Below are positions 8,118-16,031 of a DNA stretch of 32,000 nt, piece after piece (the first letter of the stretch is position 1; each line of letters opens with the position of its first letter). Under the pieces are notes generated by a model. That model was not told where the DNA came from. It saw nothing but the letters and a program-made list of their open reading frames with translations, and searched no databases. This DNA is from Thermus filiformis. Lineage in GTDB: Bacteria; Deinococcota; Deinococci; Deinococcales; Thermaceae. The stretch lies in contig NZ_JPSL02000038.1 in the NCBI RefSeq assembly GCF_000771745.2, positions 100,024 through 132,023 of the forward strand, read 5' to 3'. Position numbers and translations under genes: made by a program.

Positions 8118-9560
8118 TTATGGCGCAAAAAGGGCCAGGGCGCTCACCACCGGCCGCAAAGGCTGGGGGCCCTGGCGGAGCTCCCCTTTGACCCAGAGCT
8201 GGACCGAGCCCCCGCCGTCCATCCGCAGGGCCTGCCACGCCCCCAGGCCCTCCAGGGCCCGGGCCAGGGTGGAAGGGGTGGTGGGCCCGGTGGCGAAGAG
8301 CCAGAGCCGCCCGTCCCGGAAGAGGGCCACCCCGGCCTGGGGGGCCAGGGCCTGGAGGGGGCGGGGGTCCTTGAAGTTCTCCTGCTCGGGGGCGAAGGCG
8401 TACCGGCCCTCCCGCACCAGGAGGGGGCCCCCTTCCAGGGCGAAGCGGAAGGGGGGCTCGAGGCGGCCGTAGAGGGAGAGGGGCTGTCCGGGGGCCAGGG
8501 GGAAGGGGGGGCTCCCCTGGGGGTAGGCCAGGCCCCAGTACCCCTCGGGAAGGGGGCAGGGGGCCTGGCAGAAGCCCTCCACCCGGTCCCCCCGGACCAG
8601 GGCCACCTCCTCCCCCGGCCGGCCCACGCTTCCCGGGACGGTGTAGGCGGTGTACCGGGCGGGGAGGAGGTTGAGCCCCACCCGGAGCGTCCTCTCCCCG
8701 CTTCTCACCACCGCCTCGTACCGGGGCAGGCCCAGGGTGAAGTCCCAGTCGTTCCAGAAGAGGGCGGTGCGGCCGTAGGGGTAGGAGACCGTGACCCCGT
8801 CCTGGACCCAGAGTCCGATGGGGGTGGCGGTCTTGGGGTCAAAGTAGCCGCCGTTCAGGACCGCCAGCGCCCCCGGGGCCAGGTCCTTGCCCAGGGCCCT
8901 TCTCCCCGGGGTCCCCACGGGGCGGAGAGCCCCCCGGCGGGCCTCCACCAGGTGGAGGCGGACGGGCTCAGGGCCGAAGCCCCAGACCTCCCGGTAGCGC
9001 ACCCCCTCGGCCAGGGGCTCGCTCCTTTCGGGGGGGAGGTAGTAGAGGTCCAGGACCAGCCGGTCGGGGTCCTTCAGGGGGAAGAGGCGGAAGCGGTAGA
9101 ACCGGCCCGGCGGGGGCTCGAGGCTAAGCTCCGTCTTTTCGGGCAGAAGCCGCACCCGAAAGGGAAAGGGCAGGCGGGCCTCTAGAAGCTCCGGCAGGAA
9201 GTAGGGAAGGCTCAGAAGGAGCCGCCCGGGGTAGCTCCCCTCCTCCGGGGGGCCAGGGTAGGGGGCGGGCAGGTCCAGGACCAGGCGCAGATACCCCTCC
9301 TCCGCCCGGAGGCGCACCCTGGCCTCGGGGGCCTTGAAGTAGCCAAGAGCCTGCAAAAGCTCCAGGGAAAGCCCCCCCTCGGGCGGGGGGAGGTCCTGTG
9401 GGGGCTCGGCCCAGCCGACCCCGGGGACGTAGACCAGGCGGAACCCCTCCCCCTCGTAGACCCAGGCCCCGCCCTCCTCGCGGAAGGAGAGGCCGAAGGT
9501 CTCGGGGGGGTAGGTCTGGGCTAGGGCGAGGCCGAGGAGGACGAGGAGGAGCCAGGGCAT
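8118..9560 (-). CDS. secreted phosphodiester glycosidase family protein (DUF2233)
   Basis: ATG at 9560 follows a GGGGG RBS and gives the signal peptide MPWLLLVLLGLALAQ. Motifs LAVLNGGYFD and LRMDGGGSVQLW are present. Confidence 0.8.
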   Translation of the reverse strand: MPWLLLVLLGLALAQTYPPETFGLSFREEGGAWVYEGEGFRLVYVPGVGWAEPPQDLPPPEGGLSLELLQALGYFKAPEARVRLRAEEGYLRLVLDLPAPYPGPPEEGSYPGRLLLSLPYFLPELLEARLPFPFRVRLLPEKTELSLEPPPGRFYRFRLFPLKDPDRLVLDLYYLPPERSEPLAEGVRYREVWGFGPEPVRLHLVEARRGALRPVGTPGRRALGKDLAPGALAVLNGGYFDPKTATPIGLWVQDGVTVSYPYGRTALFWNDWDFTLGLPRYEAVVRSGERTLRVGLNLLPARYTAYTVPGSVGRPGEEVALVRGDRVEGFCQAPCPLPEGYWGLAYPQGSPPFPLAPGQPLSLYGRLEPPFRFALEGGPLLVREGRYAFAPEQENFKDPRPLQALAPQAGVALFRDGRLWLFATGPTTPSTLARALEGLGAWQALRMDGGGSVQLWVKGELRQGPQPLRPVVSALALFAP

Positions 9561-9627
9561 ACCCCCATTACAAAGGAGAGGGGGATGAAGGGCATGAGAC
9601 AACCCCAAAGGCCGAAAGGGCCTGGGA

Positions 9628-12261
9628 CTACCCCTTGACCACGATGAGGGGCCTCAGCCGGGCCACGACCCGGCCGATCCCCGCCCCCTCCACCGCCCGC
9701 ACCACCTCGCTCACGTCCTTGTAGGCCTCGGGCATCTCCTCGTCCACCGTGGCCCGGGTGGCCGCCCGCACCAGGATGCCCTTCTCCTCGAGCTCCCGCA
9801 CCAGGTTCCGCGTGCGGGCCACCTTCTTGGCCTGGTGCCGGCTCATCTTGCGCCCCGCCCCGTGGCAGCTGGAGCCGAAGGAGACCTCCATGGCCTTCTG
9901 TGTTCCCACCAGGATGTAGGAGTAGCGGCCCATGTCCCCGGGCACCAGGACGGGCTGGCCCACCTTCCGGTACTCCGGGGGGATCTCGGGGTGGTGGGGG
10001 CCGAAGGCCCGGGTCGCCCCCTTGCGGTGGACCAGGACCCTCCGCCCCTTGTGCTCCTCAAACTTGGCGTTGTTGTGGGCCAGGTCGTAGAGGACCCGGA
10101 GGCCGTGCGCCCTGGGGGGAAAGCCCGCCTTCTCAAAGGCCTCCCGCACGAAGTGGGCGATGAGCTGGCGGTTGGCGAAGGCGAAGTTGGCGGCGGCGGC
10201 CATGGCCTGGAGGTAGTCCTGCCCCTCGGGGCTTTTGATGGGGGCGGCGGCGAGCTGCTTGTCCACAAGCTCTATCCCGTACCTCGAGGCGACCTTCAGG
10301 AAGCGCTCCACGTAGTCCTGGCAGACCTGGTGGCCCAGCCCCCGGCTTCCCGTGTGGATGAGGACGGTGACCTGGTCCCGGAAGAGACCCAAAGCCTCCG
10401 CCGCCTCCTCGTCGTAGACCTCGTCCACGTACTGGACCTCGAGGAAGTGGTTCCCGCTCCCCAGGGTGCCGAGCTGGGGCGCCCCCCGCTCAAAGGCCCG
10501 CTCCGAGACCTTGTCCGGGTTGGCCCAGGGGAGGCGGCCCTCCGACTCGATGAAGCGCAGGTCCTCGGCCTCGCCGAAGCCCCGCTTCACCAGCCAGCCT
10601 GCCCCCTCCTTCAGGATCTCCTTGAGCTCCCGCCGGCTGAAGCGCACGTCCCGCCGCTCGCTCCCCACCCCGGAGGGCACCTCCCGGTAGAGGAGGTCGG
10701 CGAGGCGGGCTTGGTGGGGCTTCAGCTCCTCCCGGGTCAGGTGGGAGACCAGGAGCCGGACCCCGCAGTTGGAGACCACGAAGTTCTCGGCCACGAAGTT
10801 GTGGTCGGGGTGGGCCATGGAGAGGTCGTAGACCCGGCCCCCGTGGGGGACCCGCTCCACCGCTGCCACCCGGTCCAGGGGCATGGGGCCCGCCTCCTTT
10901 AGGAACTCGTAGAAGCTGGGGAAGCCCTGCCCCGCCCCCGGGCGCCGGGGAAAGCCCGGGGCCACCAGCGCCTCCCGCCCGACCAAGGCCTTTTTCCGGA
11001 GATAGAGGGCGGCCAGAAGGGCGAGCCGGGCCTTGGTGGGGGCGTAGGCGTAGCCCACCCGCTCGTAGAGGAGGAGGAGGTTCTTGGGGTCGGCGCTCAG
11101 GTGGAGGGTGAAGCCCTCGGCCTCCTCCCGCAGCTTTTGGACCTCGAGCCCCACCCCCTCCACCAAATGGACCAGGTCTTCCAGGAGGGCCCGGCTTCCT
11201 TGGAGAAAGAGGAGGGGGGCCAAAAGCCCTTGGCCGTCCGCCCTGGGGGCAGAGAGGCCGGCCCCGAAGAGCCCGGCCAGGAAGTTGGCCTTAAGCCAGG
11301 CGGGAAGGACGAGGAGCGCGCCACGAAGCCGCCCTTCCCCCTCGGCCAGGCCCAGGGCCCGGAGGAGGAAGAGGGCCCGGGAAGACGCCCTGAGCCCGGA
11401 CGCACCCAATAGACCCCGGAAGCCCAGGCGGAGGAGGTCGGCCTGGGCCTCCTTAAGCCCCGCCTCCTCCCCGTGAAGGACCAGGCGCTCCCGCCAAAGG
11501 CCCCCGCTTCCCAGGGCGTAGCCCAAAAGCCGGAGGAGGGCCGGGAGGTCGGGGTGGTCTGCCCGCAAGGGGAGGAGGCCCCGGGCCTTAAAGTAGGCGG
11601 CCGCCCGAAGGCCCAGCCGCTTTTGGGCCTCCTCCTCGCCCAGGAGGAGAAGGTCCGGGGGGGGCTCGTGGGGGAAGCCCTGGAAGGGGTGGACCGCCAC
11701 CCGGTCCCCCGGCCGCAGCTCTCCCAAAGGCCGCATCCCCTCCGGGGTGTAGACAGGGTGGTCGGGGGTAGCCTCCAGGACGAACCCCCCCTCGGTGGAA
11801 AGCCGGACCAGCTCCTCCCCTTCCCGCGAGAGGAGCAGGAGGGCCCTCGCCCCCTCGGGCCCCACCCCGAGCCGCCAGGCCACGAGCCGGGGGTCCTTCT
11901 CCTCCGCCAGGGCCTCTATGGGCTTGGTGTACCGGTCCTGGAAGAGGACCCGGGTGCCCGCGGGCAGGCAGTTGATGTCAAACCCGATCCCGCCCGGGCT
12001 CACCACCCCGCCCTCCTCCGGGTCAAAGGCCGCCACCCCGCCCACGGGGAAGCCGTAGCCCCAGTGGATGTCGGGCATGGCCAGGGCGGGCTCCACGATC
12101 CCGGGGAGGGTGGCCACGTTCATGAGCTGCTGCAAGGAGGCGTACCCCTCGGCCTCGAGGTCCTTCAGGATCTCCTCCGAGGCGAAGAAGACCGCGTCCA
12201 CCCGCATCTTCCCCTGCCGGGGGATGCGGTAGGTGTAGGGACCGACCCGTTCAAACCGCAC
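9628..12261 (-). CDS. rtcB: RNA-splicing ligase RtcB precursor containing one intein
   Basis: GTG start with a GGGGGTG RBS. The exteins (97 + 379 aa) carry the RtcB motifs DIHWGYGFP, GFDIN/CGVR, GSGNHF, HTGSRGLG and SSCHGAGR. Confidence 0.92.
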   Translation of the reverse strand: MRFERVGPYTYRIPRQGKMRVDAVFFASEEILKDLEAEGYASLQQLMNVATLPGIVEPALAMPDIHWGYGFPVGGVAAFDPEEGGVVSPGGIGFDINCLPAGTRVLFQDRYTKPIEALAEEKDPRLVAWRLGVGPEGARALLLLSREGEELVRLSTEGGFVLEATPDHPVYTPEGMRPLGELRPGDRVAVHPFQGFPHEPPPDLLLLGEEEAQKRLGLRAAAYFKARGLLPLRADHPDLPALLRLLGYALGSGGLWRERLVLHGEEAGLKEAQADLLRLGFRGLLGASGLRASSRALFLLRALGLAEGEGRLRGALLVLPAWLKANFLAGLFGAGLSAPRADGQGLLAPLLFLQGSRALLEDLVHLVEGVGLEVQKLREEAEGFTLHLSADPKNLLLLYERVGYAYAPTKARLALLAALYLRKKALVGREALVAPGFPRRPGAGQGFPSFYEFLKEAGPMPLDRVAAVERVPHGGRVYDLSMAHPDHNFVAENFVVSNCGVRLLVSHLTREELKPHQARLADLLYREVPSGVGSERRDVRFSRRELKEILKEGAGWLVKRGFGEAEDLRFIESEGRLPWANPDKVSERAFERGAPQLGTLGSGNHFLEVQYVDEVYDEEAAEALGLFRDQVTVLIHTGSRGLGHQVCQDYVERFLKVASRYGIELVDKQLAAAPIKSPEGQDYLQAMAAAANFAFANRQLIAHFVREAFEKAGFPPRAHGLRVLYDLAHNNAKFEEHKGRRVLVHRKGATRAFGPHHPEIPPEYRKVGQPVLVPGDMGRYSYILVGTQKAMEVSFGSSCHGAGRKMSRHQAKKVARTRNLVRELEEKGILVRAATRATVDEEMPEAYKDVSEVVRAVEGAGIGRVVARLRPLIVVKG
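10768..11970 (-). mobile_element. 401-aa intein in RtcB (Hint domain plus degenerate LAGLIDADG-like insert)
   Basis: It starts with Cys (CLPAGTRV), has block B TPDHPV, and ends in ..NFVVSN followed by the +1 Cys (CGVRLL). The central motifs LLGYALGSGGL and FLAGLFGAGLS resemble LAGLIDADG but lack the acidic residues. Confidence 0.88.
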
Positions 12262-12273
12262 GGCCCACCCCCG

Positions 12274-12303
12274 AAAAAAAACCGCCGGGCTTCTCGCCCG
12301 GGC
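12274..12303 (-). terminator. Intrinsic-terminator-like hairpin plus T8 tract in the rtcB leader
   Basis: On the minus strand the sequence reads CCGGGC-GAGAA-GCCCGG, then CGG and TTTTTTTT. It ends about 12 nt before the rtcB GTG. Confidence 0.55.
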
Positions 12304-12311
12304 TTATCTTT

Positions 12312-12340
12312 AACATACCACGGTATGCGCTATGCGTCAA
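12312..12340 (-). promoter_or_regulatory. Sigma-A-like promoter upstream of rtcB
   Basis: On the minus strand TTGACG (12340-12335), a 17-nt spacer and TATGTT (12317-12312). It is overlapped by three CGCATA(C/G) repeats and an ATACC-ac-GGTAT palindrome. Confidence 0.5.
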
Positions 12341-12375
12341 GGGTATGCGGCGAAACCCCCTCCTAGACGCCACTC

Positions 12376-12630
12376 TCAGGCCCTCAGGGCGGGGGGTGGG
12401 GCCTCCCCCCAGGCCAGTTCCACCAGGGCGATGAGCTCGTCCACCGGGACCCCGTAGTCCCGGGAGAGCCGGGCCACCTCCTGGCCCAGCCGCTTGAGGT
12501 GGGGCAGGTGGGCCTCGTCCGTCTCCTCGGCCAGGCCCAGGAGCCAGGAGAGGAGCTCCCGGGCCTCCTCGTCGGTCAGGCCCTCGGTCAGGGCCTCGTC
12601 GCTTAGGAAGAGTTCAGCGTAGTTTTCCAT
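12376..12630 (-). CDS. small acidic hypothetical protein (84 aa)
   Basis: ATG-initiated ORF with non-repetitive Glu/Asp/Leu-rich composition. No family recognised. Confidence 0.5.
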   Translation of the reverse strand: MENYAELFLSDEALTEGLTDEEARELLSWLLGLAEETDEAHLPHLKRLGQEVARLSRDYGVPVDELIALVELAWGEAPPPALRA

Positions 12631-12683
12631 GGGGCGGACACCCTTTTGGCCTTCCTACTCCAAGAAGCCCTTTGGCGAGCGCT

Positions 12684-12735
12684 TCACCGCTCCCCCCTTC
12701 CTGGCGCAAGCCGGGACGGGTTGGCATAAAGCGTT
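12684..12735. repeat. Fourth copy of the GCAA hairpin repeat family
   Basis: CACCGCTCCCCCCTTCCTGGCGCAAGCCGGGACGGGTTGGCATAAAGC aligns with the unit at 3588-3637. It overlaps the 3' end of the FtsB-like ORF. Confidence 0.7.
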
Positions 12736-13016
12736 TCCTCCTTGCCCACAAAGCCCAGCCTGCGGACCAGGGCCTCGAGGTAGAGGGGGTCCTGGGCGGC
12801 CTCCGCCTCGGCCCTAAGCCGCTCCACCCGGGTGCGGGCGGCCTGGAGGGCGGCCTCGAGGCGGGCCTTCTCCAGGGCGAGCGCCCGGGCCCGGAAAAGC
12901 TCCTGGCCGAACAGGAAGGCCAGGTGGGCCAGGCCCAGGGCGAAGAGGTAGACCAGCAGGCGGTGGCTAGGGCGCTCCAAGGCTCCCCTATTATACGCCC
13001 GCCTCCTTCCAGGCAC
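12684..13016 (-). CDS. septum formation initiator family protein (FtsB/DivIC-like)
   Basis: One TM helix (LLVYLFALGLAHLAFLF), then a coiled coil and the DPLYLEALVRRLGFV motif. The start codon is uncertain: GTG at 13016, while a TATAAT lies inside the ORF at 12990-12995. Confidence 0.65.
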   Translation of the reverse strand: MPGRRRAYNRGALERPSHRLLVYLFALGLAHLAFLFGQELFRARALALEKARLEAALQAARTRVERLRAEAEAAQDPLYLEALVRRLGFVGKEETLYANPSRLAPGRGER

Positions 13017-13081
13017 CCTCCCCGCCCAAACCGGACCGGGTTAAAACCTACAATTCTACCCCCAAAATCACCCAGGGCATA

Positions 13082-13109
13082 TTGCATTTGCACCAAAAGG
13101 GTGTATATT
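13082..13109 (+). promoter_or_regulatory. Promoter of the Fur-family gene
   Basis: TTGCAT (13082-13087), a 16-nt spacer and TGT-TATATT (extended -10, 13104-13109). The RBS AAAGGAGG lies at 13117-13124. Confidence 0.55.
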
Positions 13110-13129
13110 GGAAAAGAAAGGAGGTTGGG

Positions 13130-13567
13130 ATGGCAAGGACCAAGGAAAAGGAAAGCTATCGGAGCCGGCTTAGGGGCGTGGGCCTGCGGCACACCATGCC
13201 GCGGGAGCGGATTCTCGCCTACCTGGACCGGAAGAACGTCCACCCCACCGCGGAGGAGCTCTACCAGGGGCTGAAGCGCAGGGGGTTCTCCATCGGCCTC
13301 TCCACCATTTACCTCAACCTGCACGTCCTGCGGGAGCACGGCCTCATCTACGAGTTCAAGGACCCCAAGGGCGAGACCCGGTTTGACGGCTGGACGGAGC
13401 CCCACGCCCACCTGGCCGACCTGGAGACGGGCAAGGTGGTGGACGTGCCCCTCAAGGACCTGGGCCTGGACCGGGAGGCCTTCTTGCAGGAGATGGCCGC
13501 CAAGACCGGCTGGGACCTGAAGGACTTCCGCCTCGAGCTCCGGGGCACCCCGCCCGCCAAGGAGTAA
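13130..13567 (+). CDS. Fur family transcriptional regulator
   Basis: The winged-helix region is GLRHTMPRERILAYL..HPTAEELY..GLSTIYLNLHVLREHGLI, followed by a HAH motif. The ATG has a strong SD. Confidence 0.8.
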   Translation: MARTKEKESYRSRLRGVGLRHTMPRERILAYLDRKNVHPTAEELYQGLKRRGFSIGLSTIYLNLHVLREHGLIYEFKDPKGETRFDGWTEPHAHLADLETGKVVDVPLKDLGLDREAFLQEMAAKTGWDLKDFRLELRGTPPAKE

Positions 13568-13581
13568 ACGCCTTCTTAGGC

Positions 13582-13612
13582 CCCCACCCTGGCCTTCGCC
13601 AGGGTGGGGTTT
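13582..13612. terminator. Bidirectional terminator hairpin between convergent fur-like and pepA genes
   Basis: CCCCACCCTGGC-CTTC-GCCAGGGTGGGG followed by TTT. The stem sequence is related to the GCAA-loop repeat family. Confidence 0.7.
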
Positions 13613-15038
13613 ACTGCAGGAAGCGGAGTAGGGTCCGCACCCCGAACCCTGTCCCCCCCACGGGGCCCAGGGGGTGGGGCTTAGAGGCGTAGGCGGGGCC
13701 CGCGATGTCCAGGTGGGCGAAGGGCACCTTGACGAACTCGGCCAGGAACAAGGCGGCGGTGATCGCCCCGCCGCCGCGGTCCCCCACGTTCTTCAGGTCG
13801 GCGAACTCGCTTTTGAGCTTCTCCCGGTAGGCCTCCTCCAGGGGCATGGGCCAGACCTTCTCCCCCGCCTCCTTGGCCGCCTGTAGGAGGCGGCGCTCCA
13901 GGCGGGGGTCGGTGGAGAAGAGGGCCGCCACCTTCTCCCCCAGGGCCACCACCGCCGCCCCAGTGAGAGTGGAGAGCTCCACAATGGCCTCCGCCCCTTC
14001 CTTTTCCGCGTAGGCCAGGGCGTCCGCCAGGGTGAGCCGCCCCTCCGCGTCGGTGTTCAGCACCTCTATGGTCTTGCCGCTATAGCTTTTCAGGATGTCC
14101 TGCACCCGGTAGGCGGAGCCGGAGATCATGTTCTCCGCCGCGGCGATGTAGGCCCGGACCTCGAGGGAGGGCCTAAGCTGGGCGACCGCCCGCATCGCGC
14201 CCAGGACGGCCGCCGCCCCCGCCATGTCCCCCTTCATGGTGGACATGCTCTCCGTGGGCTTGAGGGAGTAGCCGCCGGTGTCAAAGGTGAGCCCCTTGCC
14301 CACCAGGGCCAGGCGGCCCGAGGGCTGGCTGGGCCGGTAGACCAGCTTGATGAACCGGGGCGGGTTGGCCGACCCCTTGGCCACCGCTAGGAAGGCCCCC
14401 ATCCCCTCCGCCTGGATCCTTTCCTCGTCCCAGACCTCCGCCTCGAGGCCCACCTCCTCCGCCAGGGCCAGGGCGCGCCGGGCCAGCTCCGCCGGGGTGA
14501 GGACGTTGGGGGGCTCGTTCACCAGGTCCCGGGCGTAGTTCACCGCCTCCGCCACCACCCGGGCCCGCTCCACCTCGGCCCCCGGGGCCTGGGCCAGGAG
14601 GACGCGGAGCCGCTTCCCTTCCTCCTTCTTGTACTTGAGGAAGCGGTAGCTCCCCAGGTAAAGCCCCTCGGCCAGGGCGTAGGCCGCCTCCTTCCGCCCC
14701 AGCTCCTCGGCGAAGAAGACCTCCACCGCCGCCTCCCGGAAGGAGAGCCGGTCCAGGGCCTGGGCCAGCCGGCCCCCGTGCTCCCGGAGCCGGTCCAGGT
14801 CCTGGCCCCGCTTCTTCCCCAGCCCGAAGAGGAGGAAGGCCCCCTCCGGCCTGGCCACAAGGAGGGTTTCCCCGGCCTCCCCCTTGAACCCCGTCTCCTT
14901 CAGGACCTGGCCCAGCCCTCCGCCCAGGGCCCGGTCCAGGGCCTGGCCCTGGGGGAGGAGGCCGCTAGGGGTCACCCCCACCACCTTGAGGGGGGCCGGA
15001 AGCTCAAAAAGGGCGCGACGCGCGGCTTTGATTTCCAC
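13611..15038 (-). CDS. pepA: leucyl aminopeptidase (M17)
   Basis: 475 aa with VGKGLTFDTGGYSLKP and NTDAEGRLTLADAL motifs. GTG start. Confidence 0.92.
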   Translation of the reverse strand: MEIKAARRALFELPAPLKVVGVTPSGLLPQGQALDRALGGGLGQVLKETGFKGEAGETLLVARPEGAFLLFGLGKKRGQDLDRLREHGGRLAQALDRLSFREAAVEVFFAEELGRKEAAYALAEGLYLGSYRFLKYKKEEGKRLRVLLAQAPGAEVERARVVAEAVNYARDLVNEPPNVLTPAELARRALALAEEVGLEAEVWDEERIQAEGMGAFLAVAKGSANPPRFIKLVYRPSQPSGRLALVGKGLTFDTGGYSLKPTESMSTMKGDMAGAAAVLGAMRAVAQLRPSLEVRAYIAAAENMISGSAYRVQDILKSYSGKTIEVLNTDAEGRLTLADALAYAEKEGAEAIVELSTLTGAAVVALGEKVAALFSTDPRLERRLLQAAKEAGEKVWPMPLEEAYREKLKSEFADLKNVGDRGGGAITAALFLAEFVKVPFAHLDIAGPAYASKPHPLGPVGGTGFGVRTLLRFLQ

Positions 15039-15054
15039 GCTGGAGAATATACCA
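15039..15054 (-). promoter_or_regulatory. Extended -10 element positioned for a leaderless pepA transcript
   Basis: On the minus strand TGg-TATATT (15054-15046), then 7 nt and the GTG start at 15038. There is no SD. Confidence 0.4.
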
Positions 15055-15068
15055 CGCCCTGTGGCAGA

Positions 15069-16031
15069 CTAACCGGCCAAGTTGTCAAGCCCCCCCACCT
15101 CAGCCCGCACGCAGACGGACCACGCGGCACGAGCTAGGCGGTTAGCAAGGGCGACGAGGGCAAGGCGCTTAGGCTTACCGCGAGCAAGTAGGGCCTCAAC
15201 GAAGGCCCGCCGGTCAGGGTGAAAGCGGTAGGCGGAGAGGGCGGCCATGTAGAAGGCCCCACGAAGGGCCGGAGGACCCACCCGAGAGATACGGCCCCGC
15301 TCGGGGGATTGCCCGGACTGATGAAGGCGAGGGGTGAGGCCGGTAAACGCGGCGTAGGCCCGGGCAGAGGAGAAGCGGCGCATATCCCCGGAGTAGGCGA
15401 GGACGCGGAGGGCGATAGCCTCACCCACGCCGGGGAGGGAGAGGAGGGCGGAGAACCAGCCGGAAAGAAGGGGGTCAGAGCGCACGACCTCTAGGGCACG
15501 GGAGCGGACTTCCCGAGCTATGCCCTGAATGCGGTCAGGTATGCCCTCCAGGTCAGAGAGGGAGGGGAGGACATAGGCCCAAGCATGTAGGCGGTTGAGG
15601 AGGGCCACGCGGTCAGAGGCCAAGCCCGCCTCCAAACGGACCAGGACGGACAAGAGGGTAAGGGAGTCAGGAGAAGGCTCATAGGCGGGTAGCTCATGGA
15701 CCCGCTCAGAGAGGAAGCGAGCGATTAGGCGGGCATCCGCCCGGTCAGTCTTGGCCCGCCGGAGGAGAGAGCGAGCGTAGGAGGCCACCGAGAGGGGTTG
15801 CAGGACATAGACCGGAAAGCCCGCCCGGTGGAGGGCGTAGGCGAGGGGGCGGTGATAGGAGCCGGTAGCCTCCACCCCCACCACGGAGCCCGGAGGGAGG
15901 AGGCGGAGGAGGTCAGGGATACCGGAGGGGTTAGGAAAGCGGTGCAAAGGCCCATCAGGACCTAGGGCCACATCAAGCCACCGAGAGGCGACATCCACAC
16001 CGACGAAAAGAGAAGGGCGGGCACCCTGCAT
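15069..16031 (-). CDS. IS110 family transposase/recombinase (DEDD N-domain plus Transposase_20 C-domain)
   Basis: Motifs are LFVGVDVAS, VGVEATGSYHRPLA, AKTDRADARLIA and PGVGEAIALRVLAY..F. I prefer the ATG at 16031, which sits 6 nt after a TATAAG box, over the upstream ORF start at 16130. Confidence 0.88.
   Translation of the reverse strand: MQGARPSLFVGVDVASRWLDVALGPDGPLHRFPNPSGIPDLLRLLPPGSVVGVEATGSYHRPLAYALHRAGFPVYVLQPLSVASYARSLLRRAKTDRADARLIARFLSERVHELPAYEPSPDSLTLLSVLVRLEAGLASDRVALLNRLHAWAYVLPSLSDLEGIPDRIQGIAREVRSRALEVVRSDPLLSGWFSALLSLPGVGEAIALRVLAYSGDMRRFSSARAYAAFTGLTPRLHQSGQSPERGRISRVGPPALRGAFYMAALSAYRFHPDRRAFVEALLARGKPKRLALVALANRLARAAWSVCVRAEVGGLDNLAG

Noticed and set aside
8094-9185. 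363-aa plus-strand ORF antisense to the phosphodiester glycosidase gene
   Set aside because: Gly/Pro/Glu/Val-rich composition with no motifs. The minus-strand frame has a signal peptide and DUF2233 motifs.
12614-13411. 265-aa minus-strand ORF crossing the ftsB-like/fur divergent promoter region
   Set aside because: It runs antisense through the Fur-family gene and the AT-rich promoter region, has low-complexity composition, and conflicts with two motif-supported genes.
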